64,000 nt of DNA, from contig NC_052165.1 of assembly GCF_902713615.1 (NCBI RefSeq), positions 93,513,513 through 93,577,512 on the forward strand, written 5' to 3'. Below, piece by piece: positions 1 through 12,541 of this stretch (its first letter is position 1; each line of letters opens with the position of its first letter). Position numbers and translations under genes: made by a program. The notes beneath the pieces were generated by a model. It ran no database searches. It was given only the letters and a program-made list of their open reading frames with translations, and was not told the origin of the DNA. This DNA comes from Scyliorhinus canicula (lineage: Eukaryota).

Positions 1-453
1 TGTAACCTCCTCCAGCCCCTACAACCCTCCCTATCCCTGTAACCTCCTCCAGCCCCTACAACCCTCCCTATATCTGTGACCTCCTCCAGCTCCAACAACC
101 CTCCCTATATCTGTAACCTCCTCCAGCCCCTACAACCCTCCCTATCTCTGTAACCTCCTCCAGCCCCAACAACCCTCCCTATCTCTGTAACCTCCTCCAG
201 CACCTACAACCCTCCCTATCTCTGTAACCTCCTCCAGCCCCTACAACCCTCCCTATCTCTGTAACCTCCTCCAGCCCCGACAACCCTCCCTATCTCTGTA
301 ACCTCCTCCTTCCCGACAAACCTCCCTATCTCTGTAACCTCCTCCAGCCCCTACAACCCTCCCTATCTCTGTAACCTCCTCCTTCCCGACAAACCTCCCT
401 ATCTCTGTAACCTCCTCCAGCCCCTACAACCCTCCCTATCTCTGTAACCTCCT
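1..453. repeat. Tandem array of a 37-bp unit (TGTAACCTCCTCCAGCCCCTACAACCCTCCCTATCTC), about 12 copies, running off the window start
   Basis: Periodicity read directly from the sequence; a few variant units (cttcccgacaaa). Confidence 0.95.
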
Positions 454-459
454 AACCTC

Positions 460-716
460 GACCAGGTTTGATTCCCCGCTGGGCCACTGTCTGTGCGGAG
501 TCTGCACGTTCTCCCCGTGTCTGCGTGGGTTTCCTCCGGGTGCTCCGGTTTCCTCCCACAATCCCCGAAAGACGTGCTTGTTGGGTGAATTGGACATTCT
601 GAATTCCCCCTCCGTGTACCCGAACAGGCGCCGGAATGTGGCGGCTAGGGGCTTTTCACAGTAACTTCATTGCAGTGTTACTGTCAGCTGACTTGTGACA
701 ATGGAGATTATTATTA
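460..716 (+). mobile_element. 5'-truncated tRNA-derived V-SINE (HE1-like)
   Basis: B-box-like GGTTTGATTCCC, V-domain GTTCTCCCCGTGTCTGCGTGGGTTTCCTCCGGGTGCTCCGGTTTCCTCCCACA, (ATT)n tail. Near-identical copies at 45795-46077 and 56583-56860. Confidence 0.85.
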
Positions 717-746
717 TCTCCCTAAACAGAGCCAGTACCGAGAAAC

Positions 747-969
747 GAAAAAGAAAATGCTGGAATATCTCAGCAAGTCTGACAGCATCTGTAGGGAGAG
801 AAAAGAGCCAACGTTACGAGTCCAGTGACTCTCAAATCTTTGACAAAGAGTCATCGGGCTCGAAATGTTCACTCTTTGCTCTCCCTACAGATGCTGCCAG
901 ACTTGCTGAGATTTTCCAGAATTTTCTCTTTCGTTTCAGATTCCAGCATCTGCAGTAATTTGCTTTTCT
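747..969. mobile_element. Penelope-type inverted pseudo-LTR hairpin insertion with a 15-bp TSD
   Basis: Direct repeat CCAGTACCGAGAAAC at 732-746 and 970-984. Inverted arms (ctcagcaagtctgacagcatctgtagggagag / ctctccctacagatgctgccagacttgctgag). Degenerate hammerhead-like core at 840-865. Penelope assignment is from recall. Confidence 0.7.
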
Positions 970-989
970 CCAGTACCGAGAAACTCCTT

Positions 990-1440
990 GGGCGGAATTC
1001 TCCGCTCCCGGGAAAAATCGGGAGGGCCGTCGTGAACTCGGCCGAGTTTTTTACGAAGGCCTCAGAGGCCGCTCCTCGCCCCCTATTCTCCCCTCCCGAC
1101 GGGGCTAGGAGCGGCGCTCCGTAACACTCGGCCGGCGCGCCTAATGACGTCAGCCGCGCATGCGCAGGTTGGCCGGCTCCAACCCGCGCATGCACGGCTG
1201 CCATCATGTTGCTGACGGTGAAAACCCGCTCATGCGCGTTGGCCGTCTTTCCCATCAGCTGCCCCGCACGACGTGGCGGATTGACCTTGCGGGGCGGCGG
1301 AGGGCAAATTGTGCGTCCGATTTGGACGCCGGCCCGACGATCGGTGGGCACCGATCGCAGGCCTGTCCCCTCCCGAGCACCGTGCTCCTTCCTTTCTAGG
1401 CCACCTACAAGCCCCAAATGGGCATCTCACTCCCGTTTGA
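990..1440. mobile_element. CpG-rich fragment, possibly the terminus of a non-autonomous DNA transposon
   Basis: Begins GGGCGGAATTCTCC, resembling termini of catshark Harbinger-like elements as I recall them. No partner TIR is visible and the ORFs are uninformative. Confidence 0.3.
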
Positions 1441-1441
1441 C

Positions 1442-4400
1442 GACAAGTACAGCACGGGGTTAGATACAGAGTAAAGCTCCCTCTACACTGTCCCCATCAA
1501 ACACGCCCAGGACAGGTACAGCACGGGGTTAGATACAGAGTAAAGCTCCCTCTACACTGTCCCCATCAAACACTCCCAGGACAGGTACAGCACGGGGTTA
1601 GATACAGAGTAAAGCTCCCTCTACACTGCCCCCATCAAACACTCCCAGGACAGGTACAGCACGGGGTTAGATACAGAGTAAAGCTCCCTCTACACTGTCC
1701 CCATCAAACACTCCCAGGACAGGTACAGCACGGGGTTAGATACAGAGTAAAGCTCCATCTACACTGTCCCCATCAAACACTCCCAGGACAGGTTCAGCAC
1801 GGGGTTAGATACAGAGTAACGCTCCCTCTACACTGTCCCCATCAAACACTCCCAGGACAGGTTCAGCACGGGGTTAGATACAGAGTAAAGCTGCCTCAAC
1901 ACTGTCCCCATCAAACACTCCCAGGACAGGTACAGCACGGGGTTAGATACAGAGTAAAGCTCCCTCTACACTGTCCCCATCAAACACTCCCAGGACAGGT
2001 ACAGCACGGGGTTAGATACAGAGTAAAGCTCCCTCTACACTGTCCCCATCAAACACTCCCAGGACAGGTACAGCACGGGGTTAGATACAGAATAAAGCTC
2101 CCTCTACATTGTCCCCATCAAACACTCCCAGGACAGGTACAGCACGGGATTAGATACAGAGTAAAACTCCCTCTACACTGTCCCCATCAAACACTCCCAG
2201 GACGGGTACAGCACGGGGTTAGATACAGAATAAAGCTCCCTCTACACTGTCCCCATCAAACACTCCCAGGACAGGTACAGCACGGGGTTAGATACAGAGT
2301 AAAGCTCCCTCTACACTGTCCCCATCAAACACTCCCAGGGCAGGTACAGCACGGGGTTAGATACAGAGTAAAGCTCCCTCTACACTGTCCCCATCAAACA
2401 CTCCCAGGACAGGTACAGCACGGGGTTAGATACAGAGTAAAGCTCCCTCTACACTGTCCCCATCAAGCACTCCCAGGACTGGTACAGCACGGGGTTAGAT
2501 ACAGAGTAAAGCTCCCTCTACACTGTCCCCATCAAACACTCCCAGGACAGGTACAGCACGGGGTTAGATACAGAGTAAAGCTCCCTCTACACTGTCCCCA
2601 TCAAACACTCCCAGGACAGGTACAGCACGGGGTTAGATACAGAGTAAAGCTCCCTCTACACTGTCCCCATCAAACACTCCCAGGACAGATACAGCACGGG
2701 GTTAGATACAGAGTAAAGCTCCCTCTACACTGTCCCCATCAAACACTCCCACGACAGGTACAGCACGGGGTTAGATACAGAGTAAAGCTCCCTCTACACT
2801 GTCCCCATCAAACACTCCCAGGACAGGTACAGCATGGGCTAGATACAGAGTAAAGCTCCCTCTACACTGCCCCCATCAAACACTCCCAGGACAGGTACAG
2901 CACGGGGTTAGATACAGAGTAAAGCTCCCTCTACACTGTCCCCATCAAACACTCCCAGGACAGGTACAGCACGGGGTTAGATACAGAGTAAAGCTCCCTC
3001 TACACTGTCCCCATCAAACACTCCCAGGACAGGTACAGCACGGGGTTAGATACAGAGTAAAGCTCCCTCTACACTGTCCCCATCAAACACTCCCAGGTCA
3101 GGTACAGCACGGGGTTAGATACAGAGTAAAGCCATCTCTACACTGTCCCCATCAAACACTCCCAGGACAGGTACAGCACGGGGTTAGATACAGAGTAAAG
3201 CTCCCTCTACACTGTCCCCATCAAACACTCCCAGGACAGGTACAGCATGGGATTAGATACAGAGTAAAGCTCCCTCTACACTGTCCCCATCAAACACTCC
3301 CAGGACAGGTACAGCACGGGGTTAGATACAGAGTAAAGCTCCCTCTACACTGTCCCCATCCAACACTCCCAGGACAGGTACAGCACGGGGTTAGATACAG
3401 AGTAAAGCTCCCTCTACACTGTCCCCATCAAACACTCCCAGGACAGGTACAGCACGGTGTTAGATACAGTAAAGCTCCCTCTACACTGTCCCCATCAAAC
3501 ACTCCCAGGACAGGTACAGCACGGGGTTAGATACAGAGTAAAGCTCCCTCTACATTGTCCCCATCAAACACTCCCAGGACAGGGACAGCACGGGGTTAGA
3601 TACAGAGTAAAGCTCCCTCTACACTGTCCCCATCAAACACTCAACGGACAGGTACAGCACGGGGTTAGATACAGAGTGAAGCTCCCTCTACACTGTCCCC
3701 ATCAAACACTCCCAGGACAGGTACAGCACGGGGTTAGATACAGAGTAAAGCTCCCTCTACACTGTCCCCATCAAACACTCCCAGGACAGGTACAGCAGGG
3801 TGTTAGATACAGAGTAAAGCTCCCTCTACACTGTCCCCATCAAACACTCCCAGGACAGGTACAGCACGGGGTTAGATACAGAGTAAAGCTCCCTCTACAC
3901 TGTCCCCATCAAACACTCCCAGGACAGGTACAGTACGGGGTTAGATACAGAGTAAAGCTCCCTCTACACTGTCCCCATCAAACACTCCCAGGACAGGTAC
4001 AGCACGGGGTTAGATACAGAGTAAAGCTCCCTCTACACTGTCCCCATCAAACACTCCCAGGACAGGGACAGCACGGGGTTAGATACAGAGTAAAGCTCCC
4101 TCTACACTGTCCCCATCAAACACTCAACGGACAGGTACAGCACGGGGTTAGATACAGAGTGAAGCTCCCTCTACACTGTCCCCATCAAACACTCCCAGGA
4201 CAGGTACAGCACGGGGTTAGATACAGAGTAAAGCTCCCTCTACACTGTCCCCATCAAACACTCCCAGGCCAGGTACAGCACGGGGTTAGATACAGAGTAA
4301 AGCTCCCTCTACACTGTCCCCATCAAACACTCCCAGGACAGGTACAGCACGGGGTTAGATACAGAGTAAAGCTCCCTCTACACTGTCCCCATCAAACACT

Positions 4401-6935
4401 CCCAGGACAGGTACAGTACGGGGTTAGATACAGAGTAAAGCTCCCTCTACACTGTCCCCATCAAACACTCCCAGGACAGGTACAGCACGGGGTTAGATAA
4501 AGAGTAAAGCTCCTTCTACACTGTCCCCATCAAACACTCCCAGGACAGGTACAGCACGGGGTTAGATACAGAGTAAAGCTCCCTCTACACTGTCCCCATC
4601 AAACATTCCCAGGAGAGGTACAGCACGGGGTTAGATACAGAGTAAAGCTCCCTCTACACTGTCCCCATCAAACTCTCCCAGGACAGGTACAGCACGGGGT
4701 TAGATACAGAGTAAAGCTAACTCTACACTGTCCCCATCAAACACTCCCAGGACAGGTACAGCACGGGGTTAGATACAGAGTAAAGCTCACTCTACACTGT
4801 CCCCATCAAACCCTCCCAGGACAGGTACAGCACGGGGTTAGATACAGAGTAAAGCTAACTCTACACTGTCCCCATCAAACACTCCCAGGACAGGGACAGC
4901 ACGGGGTTAGATACAGAGTAAAGCTCCCTCTACACTGTCCCCATCAAACACTCCCAGGGCAGGTATAGCACGGGGTTAGATACAGAGTAAAGCTCCCTCT
5001 ACACTGTCCCCATCAAACACTCCCAGGACAGGTACAGCATGGGATTAGATACAGAGTAAAGCTCCCTCTACACTGTCCCCATCAAACACTCCCAGGACAG
5101 GTACAGCACGGGGTTAGATACAGAGTAAAGCTCCCTCTACATTGTCCCCATCCAACACTCCCAGGACAGGTACAGCACGGGGTTAGATACAGAGTAAAGC
5201 TCCCTCTACACTGTCCCCATCAAACACTCCCAGGACAGGTACAGCACGGTGTTAGATACAGTAAAGCTCCCTCTACACTGTCCCCATCAAACACTCCCAG
5301 GACAGGTACAGCACGGGGTTAGATACAGAGTAAAGCTCCCTCTACATTGTCCCCATCAAACACTCCCAGGACAGGGACAGCACGGGGTTAGATACAGAGT
5401 AAAGCTCCCTCTACACTGTCCCCATCAAACACTCAACGGACAGGTACAGCACGGGGTTAGATACAGAGTGAAGCTCCCTCTACACTGTCCCCATCAAACA
5501 CTCCCAGGACAGGTACAGCACGGGGTTAGATACAGAGTAAAGCTCCCTCTACACTGTCCCCATCAAACACTCCCAGGACAGGTACAGCAGGGGGTTAGAT
5601 ACAGAGTAAAGCTCCCTCTACACTGTCCCCATCAAACACTCCCAGGACAGGTACAGCACGGGGTTAGATACAGAGTAAAGCTCCCTCTACACTGTCCCCA
5701 TCAAACACTCCCAGGACAGGTACAGTACGGGGTTAGATACAGAGTAAAGCTCCCTCTACACTGTCCCCATCAAACACTCCCAGGACAGGTACAGCACGGG
5801 GTTAGATACAGAGTAAAGCTCCCTCTACACTGTCCCCATCAAACACTCCCAGGACAGGGACAGCACGGGGTTAGATACAGAGTAAAGCTCCCTCTACACT
5901 GTCCCCATCAAACACTCAACGGACAGGTACAGCACGGGGTTAGATACAGAGTGAAGCTCCCTCTACACTGTCCCCATCAAACACTCCCAGGACAGGTACA
6001 GCACGGGGTTAGATACAGAGTAAAGCTCCCTCTACACTGTCCCCATCAAACACTCCCAGGCCAGGTACAGCACGGGGTTAGATACAGAGTAAAGCTCCCT
6101 CTACACTGTCCCCATCAAACACTCCCAGGACAGGTACAGCACGGGGTTAGATACAGAGTAAAGCTCCCTCTACACTGTCCCCATCAAACACTCCCAGGAC
6201 AGGTACAGTACGGGGTTAGATACAGAGTAAAGCTCCCTCTACACTGTCCCCATCAAACACTCCCAGGACAGGTACAGCACGGGGTTAGATACAGAGTAAA
6301 GCTCCCTCTACACTGTCCCCATCAAACACTCCCAGGACAGGTACAGCACGGGGTTAGATACAGAGTAAAGCTCCCTCTACACTGTCCCCATCAAACATTC
6401 CCAGGAGAGGTACAGCACGGGGTTAGATACAGAGTAAAGCTCCCTCTACACTGTCCCCATCAAACTCTCCCAGGACAGGTACAGCACGGGGTTAGATACA
6501 GAGTAAAGCTAACTCTACACTGTCCCCATCAAACACTCCCAGGACAGGTACAGCACGGGGTTAGATACAGAGTAAAGCTCACTCTACACTGTCCCCATCA
6601 AACCCTCCCAGGACAGGTACAGCACGGGGTTAGATACAGAGTAAAGCTAACTCTACACTGTCCCCATCAAACACTCCCAGGACAGGGACAGCACGGGGTT
6701 AGATACAGAGTAAAGCTCCCTCTACACTGTCCCCATCAAACACTCCCAGGGCAGGTATAGCACGGGGTTAGATACAGAGTAAAGCTCCCTCTACACTGTC
6801 CCCATCAAACACTCCCAGGACAGGTACAGCATGGGGTTAGATACAGAGTAAAGCTCCCTCTACACTGTCCCCATCAAACACTCCCAGGACAGGTACAGCA
6901 CAGGGTTAGATACAGAGTAAAGCTCCCTCTACACT
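1442..6935. repeat. Satellite with a 69-bp unit (GACAGGTACAGCACGGGGTTAGATACAGAGTAAAGCTCCCTCTACACTGTCCCCATCAAACACTCCCAG), about 80 copies
   Basis: Direct periodicity; the 23-aa repeat in ORFs 3457-4500 and 5249-6760 equals 69 nt. Confidence 0.98.
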
Positions 6936-7389
6936 CTCGGGACAGACACTCTTTAACCACGGCACCATTGCAAACCTCCATCGTTTTCCTTCATGGTTCC
7001 TCTCCGGCAGCGTCTGTGTTGATTGGAGGTGTTTGGGGTTTCCTGTGCTGGGCGTGGTGGGGTGGGGTGGGGTGGGGTGGGGTGGTGCGGGTGTCTCGCG
7101 TGTGGACAGGTGCAGGGGTGAATGGGATGGATGGTGGGAACTAGCCACGCCCTCCTCCCTCTTCACAGCCTCCAGGGTAACCTGGGTGTCATTGTGACAC
7201 CCCAGCTGCTAAACCTATTGTGAGGTGGGGGAGTACAGCCCAGTTTGACCCCCAACCCCCCTCCCACTGCTCCCGGTGTTGAACCCTACACTGAGGGGGG
7301 TGTCGTCCTTCAGGACGCGCTCCGCCCTGCCACCTGCCTGCCCTGTCCCCTGCCTGAGGTCCTCTCCCTCCCTCAATCGCCCTCCCTCG

Positions 7390-8935
7390 CACGCTCACCC
7401 ACTCTCTCTTCATCTACCCCTCTCTCAATCTCTCTTTCCTTTCCTTCCTTCCCTTTCTCTCTGTCAGTCCCTATCTGCCTCTGTCTCTCTCCCTCTCTAT
7501 TGCACTCTCCCCCTCCAGACCTCTCGCACTTTCTCTCTCTCTCAATGTCTCCCTTCTCTCAAACTCTGTCTTCCTCCCTCTACACCTCGCTCCCAAACTC
7601 GTTCTCTCTCTCANNNNNNNNNNNNNNNNNNNNNNNNNNNNNNNNNNNNNNNNNNNNNNNNNNNNNNNNNNNNNNNNNNNNNNNNNNNNNNNNNNNNNNN
7701 NNNNNNNNNNNNNNNNNNNNNNNNNNNNNNNNNNNNNNNNNNNNNNNNNNNNNNNNNNNNNNNNNNNNNNNNNNNNNNNNNNNNNNNNNNNNNNNNNNNN
7801 NNNNNNNNNNNNNNNNNNNNNNNNNNNNNNNNNNNNNNNNNNNNNNNNNNTGTCCTCTCTCTGCCTCTCTCTGCCTCTTTCCTCTCTCTGTCCTCTCTTT
7901 CTCTCTCCTACTCTCTCTCTGCCTCTCACTCTCCCTNNNNNNNNNNNNNNNNNNNNNNNNNNNNNNNNNNNNNNNNNNNNNNNNNNNNNNNNNNNNNNNN
8001 NNNNNNNNNNNNNNNNNNNNNNNNNNNNNNNNNNNNNNNNNNNNNNNNNNNNNNNNNNNNNNNNNNNNNNNNNNNNNNNNNNNNNNNNNNNNNNNNNNNN
8101 NNNNNNNNNNNNNNNNNNNNNNNNNNNNNNNNNNNNNNNNNNNNNNNNNNNNNNNNNNNNNNNNNNNNNNNNNNNNNNNNNNNNNNNNNNNNNNNNNNNN
8201 NNNNNNNNNNNNNNNNNNNNNNNNNNNNNNNNNNNNNNNNNNNNNNNNNNNNNNNNNNNNNNNNNNNNNNNNNNNNNNNNNNNNNNNNNNNNNNNNNNNN
8301 NNNNNNNNNNNNNNNNNNNNNNNNNNNNNNNNNNNNNNNNNNNNNNNNNNNNNNNNNNNNNNNNNNNNNNNNNNNNNNNNNNNNNNNNNNNNNNNNNNNN
8401 NNNNNNNNNNNNNNNNNNNNNNNNNNNNNNNNNNNNNNNNNNNNNNNNNNNNNNNNNNNNNNNNNNNNNNNNNNNNNNNNNNNNNNNNNNNNNNNNNNNN
8501 NNNNNNNNNNNNNNNNNNTTATCTTTTTGTCTCTCTCCCTCCCTCTCTGTCGCTCTCTCTCCCTCTCTCTCATTCACTCGGTATCTCACTGTCTGTTCCT
8601 GTCTCTTCTCTCTGTCTCTTTGTTGCTCCCTCACGCTCTCTCCATCTCCCTCTGTCTCGCTCTCTCTTTTGCTTTCACTCTCTGTCTCTCTCTGGCTGTC
8701 TCTCCTTCACTGTCTCTATTCCTCCCTCTCTGTCTCTCTCTCTCCCTCACTCGCCTTTTTCGTTCTCTCTTTCTGCTCCAATCTCACTCTATATCCCAGT
8801 CGTTTAATCCTCCTCATCTCTAAAACACCCTCTCTCTCCCTCAGCATCTCTCAATCTCCCACCCCCCTCCACCCCACTGCCTCCCCTCTCCCCTAATCAC
8901 TCTTTCACCATCTCCCCCTCTACACTCCGTCTCTG
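7390..8935. repeat. CT-rich low-complexity tract containing two N gaps (7614-7850, 7937-8517)
   Basis: Degenerate (CT)n sequence. Confidence 0.9.
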
Positions 8936-8949
8936 GCTTGTTTCAAACG

Positions 8950-9050
8950 TGGGGCTGGTTTAGCACAGCGGGCTAAACAGCTGGCGTTGAAAGCAGACCA
9001 CGGCAGGCCAACAGCACGGTTCGATTCCCGTACCGGCCTCCCCGGACAGG
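8950..9050 (+). mobile_element. Short tRNA-derived SINE head
   Basis: GGGGCTGGTTTAGCACAG (A-box-like) and GGTTCGATTCCC (B box); ends in ccccggacagg, matching the start of the tail of the other SINEs. Confidence 0.6.
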
Positions 9051-9052
9051 GG

Positions 9053-9504
9053 ATGGGGGGATGGGGGACGTCATGCGGATCTTGGGGGAAGTTGGCAATT
9101 TTTCAGCGTATAAGTTGAACTTGGGGAAGAGCAAGATGTTTGTGATTCAGGCTGTGGGGCAGGAGGAGAGACTGGGGGAGCTGTTGCTCAGAATGATAGC
9201 TTTCGTTATCAGGGAATGAAGGTGGCTCGGAAGTGGGATTCGTTGCATAAGCTTAATCTATCCGGGTTGGTGGAGCAAATGGAAGGGGACTTTAAGGGAT
9301 GGGACATGCTCCCGCTATCGCTGGCGGGGAGGGTACAGACCGTGAAAATGACGGTCCTCCCCTGATTTCTGTTTGTCTTTCAGTCCCTCCCCACCTTCAT
9401 CCCAAAGGCCTTTTTCAAGCGGGTGAACAAGATCATCTCGGGATTGGTATGGGCGAATAAAACCCCGTTGGGGGTTCCCGAAGAAAATGTGGTTGGAGAT
9501 TAGT

Positions 9505-9541
<37 letters not shown>

Positions 9542-10603
9542 GGCCCTGCCGAACTTCTGCAAGTACTACTGGGCGGCTAACATAGCCATGATTAGGAATT
9601 GGGTAATGGGGGAGGCATGGGAGCGGATGGAGGCGGCGTCTCGTAAAGGCACCTGTTTGGGGGCATTGGTAACGACACGCCCGCCGTTCACGCCGGCCCA
9701 GTACGCCACTTGGCCGGTGGTAGTGGCGGCTCTGAGGATCTGGGGGCAGTGGAGGAGGTACAAGAAGGTGGAGGGTGCGTCGGTCTGGACCCCGATTTGT
9801 AACAACCACAGGTTTGTACCGGGCAGGCTGGATGGCGGGTTCCAGAGTTGGATGGCGGGTTCCAGAGCTGGATGGCGGGTTCCAGAGCTGGATGGCGGGT
9901 TCCAGAGCTGGGTGGCGGGTTCCAGAGCTGGGTGGCGGGTTCCAGAGCTGGGTGGCGGGTTCCAGAGCTGGATGGCGGGTTCCAGAGCTGGATGGCGGGT
10001 TCCAGAGCTGGATGGCGGGTTCCAGAGCTGGATGGCGGGTTCCAGAGCTGGCAGAGGGCAGGAATTAAAAGGATGGGGGATCTGTTTATAGACGGGAGCT
10101 TTCCCATCTTGAAGGCGCTGAAGGATAGATTTAAATTGCCAACAGAGAATGGTTTTAGATATTTGCAAGTGCGAGACATCCTGAGAAAGCAGGTGCCGGC
10201 CTTTCCGCTGCTGCCGCCAAGGGGGATACAGGATAGAGTAGTCTCTGGTACCTGGGTGGGAGAGGGGAGAGCGTCGGATATCTACCAGGAGCTGTTGGAG
10301 GTGGAGGAAACCCCGGTGGAGGAACTGAAGGGCAACTGGGAGGACGAGCTCTGAGCAGAGATAGAGGAGGGTCTATGGGCGGACGCCCTAAGCAGGGTCA
10401 GTTCCTCCTCTTTGTGTGCCAGGCTTAGCCTGATACAATTTAAGGTGGTCCACCGGGCAAACATGACGGCAGTGAGGATGAGGAAGTTTTTCGGGGTAGA
10501 GGATAGATGTGTGAGGTGCGCGGGAAGCCCAGCAAACCATGTCCACATGTTTTGGGCATGCCCGAAGCTTAAGAGGATTTTGGCAGGGGTTTGCCAGGGC
10601 AAT
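9053..10603 (+). pseudogene. L1-clade LINE ORF2 fragment (end of RT through Cys-rich region), 5' part of a split element
   Basis: Decayed L1-type motifs LPLSLAGRVQTVKM, GGLALPNF..YYWA, LIQFKVVHR and C..C......HMFW.CP, with stops and frameshifts. Confidence 0.85.
9827..10051. repeat. 20-bp minisatellite (GCTGGATGGCGGGTTCCAGA), 11 copies, inside the L1 ORF2
   Basis: Direct count. Confidence 0.95.
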
Positions 10604-11010
10604 TGATGTGTTATCTGTGTTGGTCTAACAGCGACTGCAACTGGATGCAGTAAAACGGGAAACAGGCTTCCGACACAGGAGATGGTCCAACACTGTTTTA
10701 TTGAACCTGTTGATTGCTGTACATAATCTGCTGTGGGTTGACACTCTATTAACCTAACTGATAACCTCCTACTGGCCTGACCAGACTAACTCTCTACCAC
10801 ATGGTGATGATGTTCATTGGCCTGTGCACTGCGACTATCTCCCTGGCCGTGTCCTGTGAGAGTGAGAGAGCCTTAATGTCCTGTGGGCTTTATAGTGGTG
10901 GTGTCCTGTCTGATGATTGGTTGTTCTGTGTGTGTGTGTTCATTGGTTATCCTGTGTGTCAATCACTGCCTGTCTGCATCTCATTATCTACATGAGTGGA
11001 TATTATGACA
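10604..11010 (-). repeat. 3' LTR of Gypsy-1 (407 bp)
   Basis: Adjacent to the PPT; roughly 4% diverged (by eye) from 19555-19962. Confidence 0.92.
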
Positions 11011-11242
11011 TCTCCCCCCTTTTAAAATAAAGTTTGGAACGTGGCTGTATATGCATAACTATGTACAAGTGGGGAATGAATGAACATATGTACAGGGGAA
11101 GGTGTCTATTGTGCAGATACAGAGCAAACTGAACAAGATTTACAAGATGTAAGTCTATAGATTCAGTCTTTGTGGTGGGCGACAAATTCTTGTTGATCGC
11201 CGCAGAGGTGGAGGGGGGAATGCCGGCACCTGGACAGGTGTG

Positions 11243-11622
11243 ATGGCTGCCATCTCAGCGGCCCTTGTGGACAGGTGGGATGGCTGCCATCTCAGCGGCC
11301 TTGTGGCAGGCGGGATGGCTGCCATCTCGGTGGCCTTGTGGCAGGCGGGATGGCTGCCATCTCGGTGGCCTTGTGGCAGGTGGGATGGCTGCCAGATCGG
11401 TGGCCTTGTGGACAGGTGGGATGGCTGCCATCTCAGCGGCCTTGTGGACAGGTGGGATGGCTGCCATCTCAGCGGCCTTGTGGACAGGTGGGATGGCTGC
11501 CATCTCAGCGGCCTTGTGGACAGGTGGGATGGCTGCCATCTCAGCGGCCTTGTGAACAGGCGGGATTGCTACCAGATCGGTGGCCTTGTGGACAGGTGGG
11601 ATGGCTGCCAGATCGGTGGCCT
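11243..11622. repeat. 36-bp minisatellite (about 10 copies) in the integrase C-terminal tail
   Basis: Encodes AAEMAAIPPVHK repeats; some 35-bp units shift the frame. Confidence 0.9.
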
Positions 11623-12541
11623 CATGGTTCAAGACGTCCGGAGGAGGCATGATGACATGCGGAGAGGTGCGGTCGGGTGATGGGCAGGGAACTTTACGCA
11701 GCGCCCTCCTGTTGTGCCGTAAAATGGAGCCATCAGCCATTTGGACAACGAAAGATCTGGGAGCAGCCTGTCTGACGACAGCAGCTGGGGCTGACCAACC
11801 TCCCTCAGGCAGCTGAACACAAACAGCATCGTCTGGGGCCAGTGCAGGCAGATCCGTGGCATGAGCATCATACGTGATCTTCTGCTGGTCCGTGGATCGC
11901 TGCACCTTCTGCAGCACCGTGAGATGGTCAAGGTCTGGAACATGGATGGCTGGAACAGTCATCCTCAGGTTGTGGTTCATGAGCAACTGCGCCGGAGACA
12001 AACCAGTTGACAGAGGGGTTGCCCTGTATGCCAATAGCGCCAGGTTGAAATCCGAGGCTGAGTCTGCAGCCTTGCACAGCAACCGCTTGACAATATGGAC
12101 CCCTTTCTCGGCCTTCCCGTTTGATTGCAGGTAATGGGGACCGGATGTGATGTGACTAAAGTGGTAGGATCGTGCAAAGTCGGACCACTCGTGGCTGTAG
12201 AAACATGGACCATTGTCACTCATTACCGTGAGTGGTATCCCATGCCTGGCAAACGTCTCTTTGCAGGCTTTGATGACGGACTTGGACGTGAGGTCCAACA
12301 GTTTCACCACGTCCGGGTAGCTGGAGAAGTAGTCGACCAGGAGTACGTAATCACACCCATTGGTGTGAAAGAGGTTTATCCCCACCTTGGACCACGGAGA
12401 GGTCACGATCTCGTGCTGTTGCAGCGTTTCCTTGGGCTGAGCTGGTTGAAACTTCTGGCATGTTGTGCAGTTGAGGACTGTGTTGGCAATGTCCAGGCTG
12501 ATGCCAGGCCAGTAACTGCCTGCTGAGCTCTGTGTCGACAT
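11255..12541 (-). pseudogene. Gypsy-1 integrase
   Basis: YWPG...C..CQ zinc finger, PWSKVG, LLVDYFS, SDNGP, SNGKAEKGV; frameshifted from the upstream pol. Confidence 0.9.

Noticed and set aside
3457-6760. 347-aa and 503-aa repeat ORFs (VKLPLHCPHQTLPGQVQHGVRYR)n as genes
   Set aside because: One frame of a 69-bp satellite lacks stops. The starts are non-ATG codons created by a variant unit, and there are no splice or promoter cues.
7245-8823. ORFs of 200-520 aa spanning N runs (also at 16 kb, 21 kb and 40 kb)
   Set aside because: Their length comes from gap characters and low-complexity flanks.
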